This document shows positions 59,664-61,388 of a stretch of DNA of 61,388 nt, piece after piece (the stretch's first letter is position 1; every line of letters begins with the position of its first letter). Under the pieces are notes generated by a model, which saw nothing but the letters and a program-made list of their open reading frames with translations, searched no databases and had not been told where the DNA came from. The stretch spans positions 1-61,388 of the forward strand of contig CAYHZL010000002.1 of NCBI GenBank assembly GCA_964361075.1. The letters run 5' to 3'. The translations under genes and the position numbers were made by a program. Source of the stretch: an uncultured Chitinophagaceae bacterium. GTDB lineage: Bacteria > Bacteroidota > Ignavibacteria > UBA10030 > UBA8401.

Positions 59664-60952
59664 AAAAAAGTATTTGTGTTGTTGGTATCATGTGTGTGCT
59701 GCAGATGGTTTCGTTCGCTCAAAATTCGAACAGTCAGGCAACGCTTGATAAAATTGCTGCCATCATTGATAAAGAAATTATTACGCACACTGATCTAAAT
59801 TTTTCTATTCAGCAATATGCTTTACAAAATCATCTCGATCCAAAATCAACCGAACTGCGCGATCGTGTTCTTGACGGCATGATTAACGATAAATTGATTC
59901 TAGCACAAGCGCTCGAAGATAGTATTATCGTTACTGATGAAGAAGTAACAGACAGACTTGAACGACAAATTCAAATGCTTCAGGCACAAGCCGGTTCGCG
60001 TGAGAAGTTGGAAGAAGTGTACGGCATGTCGGTCAGCCGCATGAAACGCGATTACCAATTCCGCGAGCTGATACGTAAGCAGATGCTTGTGCAAAAAATT
60101 CAACAGACACGGCAAGCAGGCGTTACTATTTCGCGCCGCGAAGTGGAAGAATTTTTTGAACAGTACAAAGACAGCATTCCGAAAGTGCCAACCGAGTACG
60201 AATTGAGTCACATTTTTATTCAACCCAAACCAGATTCGAGTATTGTTGAATCGGTGTATAAAAAATCGCTCGCCATTCTCGATAGCCTTAAAGCCGGAGG
60301 CGACTTTGCCGATTTTGCAAAACGATATTCCGTTGATCCGGGTTCTGCACAACAAGGCGGCGATTTGGGATTGGTGCGCAGAGGAAATTTTGTAAAAGAA
60401 TTTGAAGAAGCTGTGTTTGCTTTGAAAGAAAAAGAATTTTCTAAACCGGTAAAATCGCAGTACGGCTACCATGTCATTCAGCTTATTGATCGCAAAGGCG
60501 AATCGGTACACCCGCGGCATATTTTGCTGCCGATAGAACAATCGCAGGCAAACGACGATTCGACGATTGCCTTGCTGCAACGAATTCGCGCGCGCGCGCT
60601 TGCCGGCGAAAGCTTTGCCGTGTTGACGAAGAGATTTTCTGAAGATCCCGACACTAAAGATATTGGCGGCGATTTGGGTAAGGTTGCTTTCGATCAACTC
60701 GATCAATCGTACGAAGCCACTGTAAAAGCGATGAAGGCAGGCGAAATTTCAGAACCGAAGCAGTTAGCGGTCGGCAACAAGCACGGCTACCACATTATTT
60801 TTGTTCGCTCTATTACACACGAGCATACAATCAATCTGAATGATGATTCCCGACGGTTGGAACAACTTGCGCTGCAATTTAAAAGCGCAAATAACTACCA
60901 AAAATGGATTGATGAACTGCGAAAGAATATTTATTGGGAAAAGAAAATGTAA
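59660..60952 (+). CDS. surA: SurA-like chaperone/PPIase
   Basis: LDKIAAII..EII N-domain plus two parvulin domains (GGDLG, SQYGYHVIQ). Confidence 0.85.
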   Translation: MKKSICVVGIMCVLQMVSFAQNSNSQATLDKIAAIIDKEIITHTDLNFSIQQYALQNHLDPKSTELRDRVLDGMINDKLILAQALEDSIIVTDEEVTDRLERQIQMLQAQAGSREKLEEVYGMSVSRMKRDYQFRELIRKQMLVQKIQQTRQAGVTISRREVEEFFEQYKDSIPKVPTEYELSHIFIQPKPDSSIVESVYKKSLAILDSLKAGGDFADFAKRYSVDPGSAQQGGDLGLVRRGNFVKEFEEAVFALKEKEFSKPVKSQYGYHVIQLIDRKGESVHPRHILLPIEQSQANDDSTIALLQRIRARALAGESFAVLTKRFSEDPDTKDIGGDLGKVAFDQLDQSYEATVKAMKAGEISEPKQLAVGNKHGYHIIFVRSITHEHTINLNDDSRRLEQLALQFKSANNYQKWIDELRKNIYWEKKM

Positions 60953-60965
60953 CACAACCGCATTC

Positions 60966-60994
60966 TTGCCACTCAATCAACTTTTCTGTATATT
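60966..60994 (+). promoter_or_regulatory. Sigma70-like promoter for rpsT
   Basis: TTGCCA-17-TATATT. Confidence 0.65.
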
Positions 60995-61042
60995 GAAGCA
61001 AGAAAAAAATTGATGTCTCGTTATTTATTAAAGGAAATGTAA

Positions 61043-61297
61043 ATGGCACAACATAAATCAGCAATTAAAAGAATTCGTTCCACAGAACGCCGCAAAGTCC
61101 GCAACACCGCAGAAGAATCAAAAATGAAAACACTGGTGAAAAAAGTGCGCGGCGAAAAAGACAAAGCAAAAGCAGAAGTTGCATTGAAAGAAGCTGTGTC
61201 GGTATTGGATAAATTAGCAGGCAAGCGCAAAATTCATCCGAACAAAGCGGCAAATCAAAAATCAAAATTGACCAAACTTGTAAACAAGTTAGCGTAA
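61043..61297 (+). CDS. rpsT: 30S ribosomal protein S20
   Basis: MAQHKSAIKRIR...IHPNKAANQKSKL. Confidence 0.97.
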   Translation: MAQHKSAIKRIRSTERRKVRNTAEESKMKTLVKKVRGEKDKAKAEVALKEAVSVLDKLAGKRKIHPNKAANQKSKLTKLVNKLA

Positions 61298-61313
61298 AAA
61301 AATTTGTACTGCA

Positions 61314-61353
61314 AAACGGCGTGGCGCTACAAGCGCCACGCCGTTTCTGTTTT
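61314..61353 (+). terminator. Rho-independent terminator
   Basis: AAACGGCGTGGCGCT-ACA-AGCGCCACGCCGTTT followed by CTGTTTT. Confidence 0.8.
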
Positions 61354-61388
61354 AAATAGTTCTCCCTGAAATAATCTTTGCGCGTCAT

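Noticed and set aside
59900-60706. Long antisense ORFs (268 aa here; also 14316-14831 and 39661-40254)
   Set aside because: Shadows of well-supported genes on the opposite strand.

Overview
A 61.4-kb bacterial chromosomal window. It is probably from an Ignavibacteria-like (Bacteroidota/Chlorobi group) genome; this is inferred from gene content and from TTGnnn-17-TAnnTT promoters. Core genes are hutU, hutI, a split formiminotransferase/cyclodeaminase, lepA, two lepB, hemW, a DUF2723 membrane protein, a methyltransferase, a GT4, glnD, murI, three parvulin PPIases and rpsT. Accessory DNA includes: (1) an AraC-linked redox/stress cluster with two frameshifted genes (1-5.9 kb); (2) three toxin-antitoxin pairs (HicBA, MNT-HEPN, RelE-type); (3) a TcmP + DUF5131 pair inside the hut operon; (4) a WYL - AAA+ ATPase - DUF2779 - PD-(D/E)XK block; (5) a DUF4384 - 2x FGE - caspase-like locus whose FGE ends look like diversity-generating-retroelement variable regions; (6) a type IIG restriction-modification gene coupled to a DUF3800 gene. 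The best candidate for an undescribed system is a roughly 200-nt, two-domain structured RNA (about 45538-45745) with its own host-consensus promoter and U-rich end, pointing convergently at the DUF3800 gene. Intergenic DNA is full of REP-like palindromes, MITE-like shells and nested 20-27 bp palindromes. No tRNA, rRNA, CRISPR array, integrase, transposase or reverse transcriptase was seen. All family assignments are from motif recognition by eye, not database searches.
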